A stretch of 64,000 nt of DNA, taken from the NCBI GenBank assembly GCA_963664815.2, contig CAXXHB010000002.1, positions 256,001-320,000 of the forward strand, written 5' to 3'. Source of the stretch: Spirochaetota bacterium. GTDB taxonomy: Bacteria > Spirochaetota > UBA4802 > UBA5550. The notes beneath the pieces are model-generated. The model had not been told where the DNA came from and made no database searches. It worked only from the letters and a program-made list of their open reading frames with translations. Shown here piece by piece: positions 63,304 to 64,000 of the stretch; position 1 is the first letter of the stretch, and every line of letters starts with the position of its first letter. A program made the translations under genes and the position numbers.

Positions 63304-64000
63304 TCAATGAAGTGTATCATCATTGGAGGGATAATAATGCTTCCTGGCCCATTCCAGCCTCTTTTTTTCATCAGGTGTAAGTGAATTCATTCCGCTTTTT
63401 GCAATTTTGGCAAGAGTATCATCTATTATTTTTTTTGCGGAGATTCTTGTATCTATAATCTTTTTCTTTTTATTCACCCTGTTTTTTTTCTTAAGTCTTT
63501 CAATAAATGATATGCCGGCTTTCTTCGTGGTACCGGAATTCTTCATAGATTTCATTATAATAAATCCTGAAATAATTCCGCCAAGATGCCCTATATGACT
63601 TATATTGCCGCCTGTACCTGCCGTTGATGAAAGAGTCCCGAAAAACTCCATAAGCCCGAAAGCCAATACCAGATATTTAATTTTGATGGGGAATAAAAAG
63701 TACAGCAATACCTCCCTGTCGGGCCACATTACGGCATATGCAAGAAGTATGGCATATATTGCTCCGGATGCGCCTATGGTAACAGCATTTGATCCGTAAT
63801 TAATAAAAGCAATGTAATTCATCAGGGCAATAAAAAGCCCGGCACCCAGTCCGGAGAGCAGATAGTATCTTATAAATTTTGTTCTCCCCCAGGCTAACTC
63901 CAGCTCGCCGGCAAACATCCATAATCCAAGCAGATTGAATATTATATGCATCCAGCCGCCATGAAGAAACATATAGGTAAAGGGCTGCCATATCATAAAA
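63304..64000 (-). CDS. Rhomboid intramembrane serine protease (5' end outside window)
   Basis: TYMFLHG..HI.FN, GASGA, HLGG. Confidence 0.93.
   Translation of the reverse strand, partial: FMIWQPFTYMFLHGGWMHIIFNLLGLWMFAGELELAWGRTKFIRYYLLSGLGAGLFIALMNYIAFINYGSNAVTIGASGAIYAILLAYAVMWPDREVLLYFLFPIKIKYLVLAFGLMEFFGTLSSTAGTGGNISHIGHLGGIISGFIIMKSMKNSGTTKKAGISFIERLKKKNRVNKKKKIIDTRISAKKIIDDTLAKIAKSGMNSLTPDEKKRLEWARKHYYPSNDDTLH

Overview
Chromosomal window of an AT-rich spirochaete (two tandem FlaB-type periplasmic flagellins; Leptospirales-like gene content is my inference). Two housekeeping arms (1-33.1 kb: alaS, guaA, purE, flaB x2, polar amino-acid ABC, beta-CASP RNase, ruvC, yebC, ppdK, diguanylate cyclase, DEAD-box helicase, FadR-glpD-FAD oxidase, MoxR/VWA; 59.1-64 kb: second amino-acid ABC, DUF362, rhomboid) flank a ~25 kb decaying accessory island (33.5-59 kb). 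The island reads as a degenerate integron-like cassette cluster with no integrase in the window: several attC-like hairpins separate short, mostly minus-strand genes. An IS1182-family element or its end sits inside three of these attC sites, two at exactly the same position. One of those IS1182 copies was itself hit by one of two identical-looking 1252-bp IS3 elements. The island also holds IS481 and IS91-like remnants, four RelE/HigB-HTH toxin-antitoxin modules with a shared non-coding repeat, REP/MITE-like palindromes, and an HMG-box-like protein followed by ~11-bp phased repeats. No rRNA, tRNA or CRISPR array was seen. All family assignments come from motif recognition by eye, not database searches.
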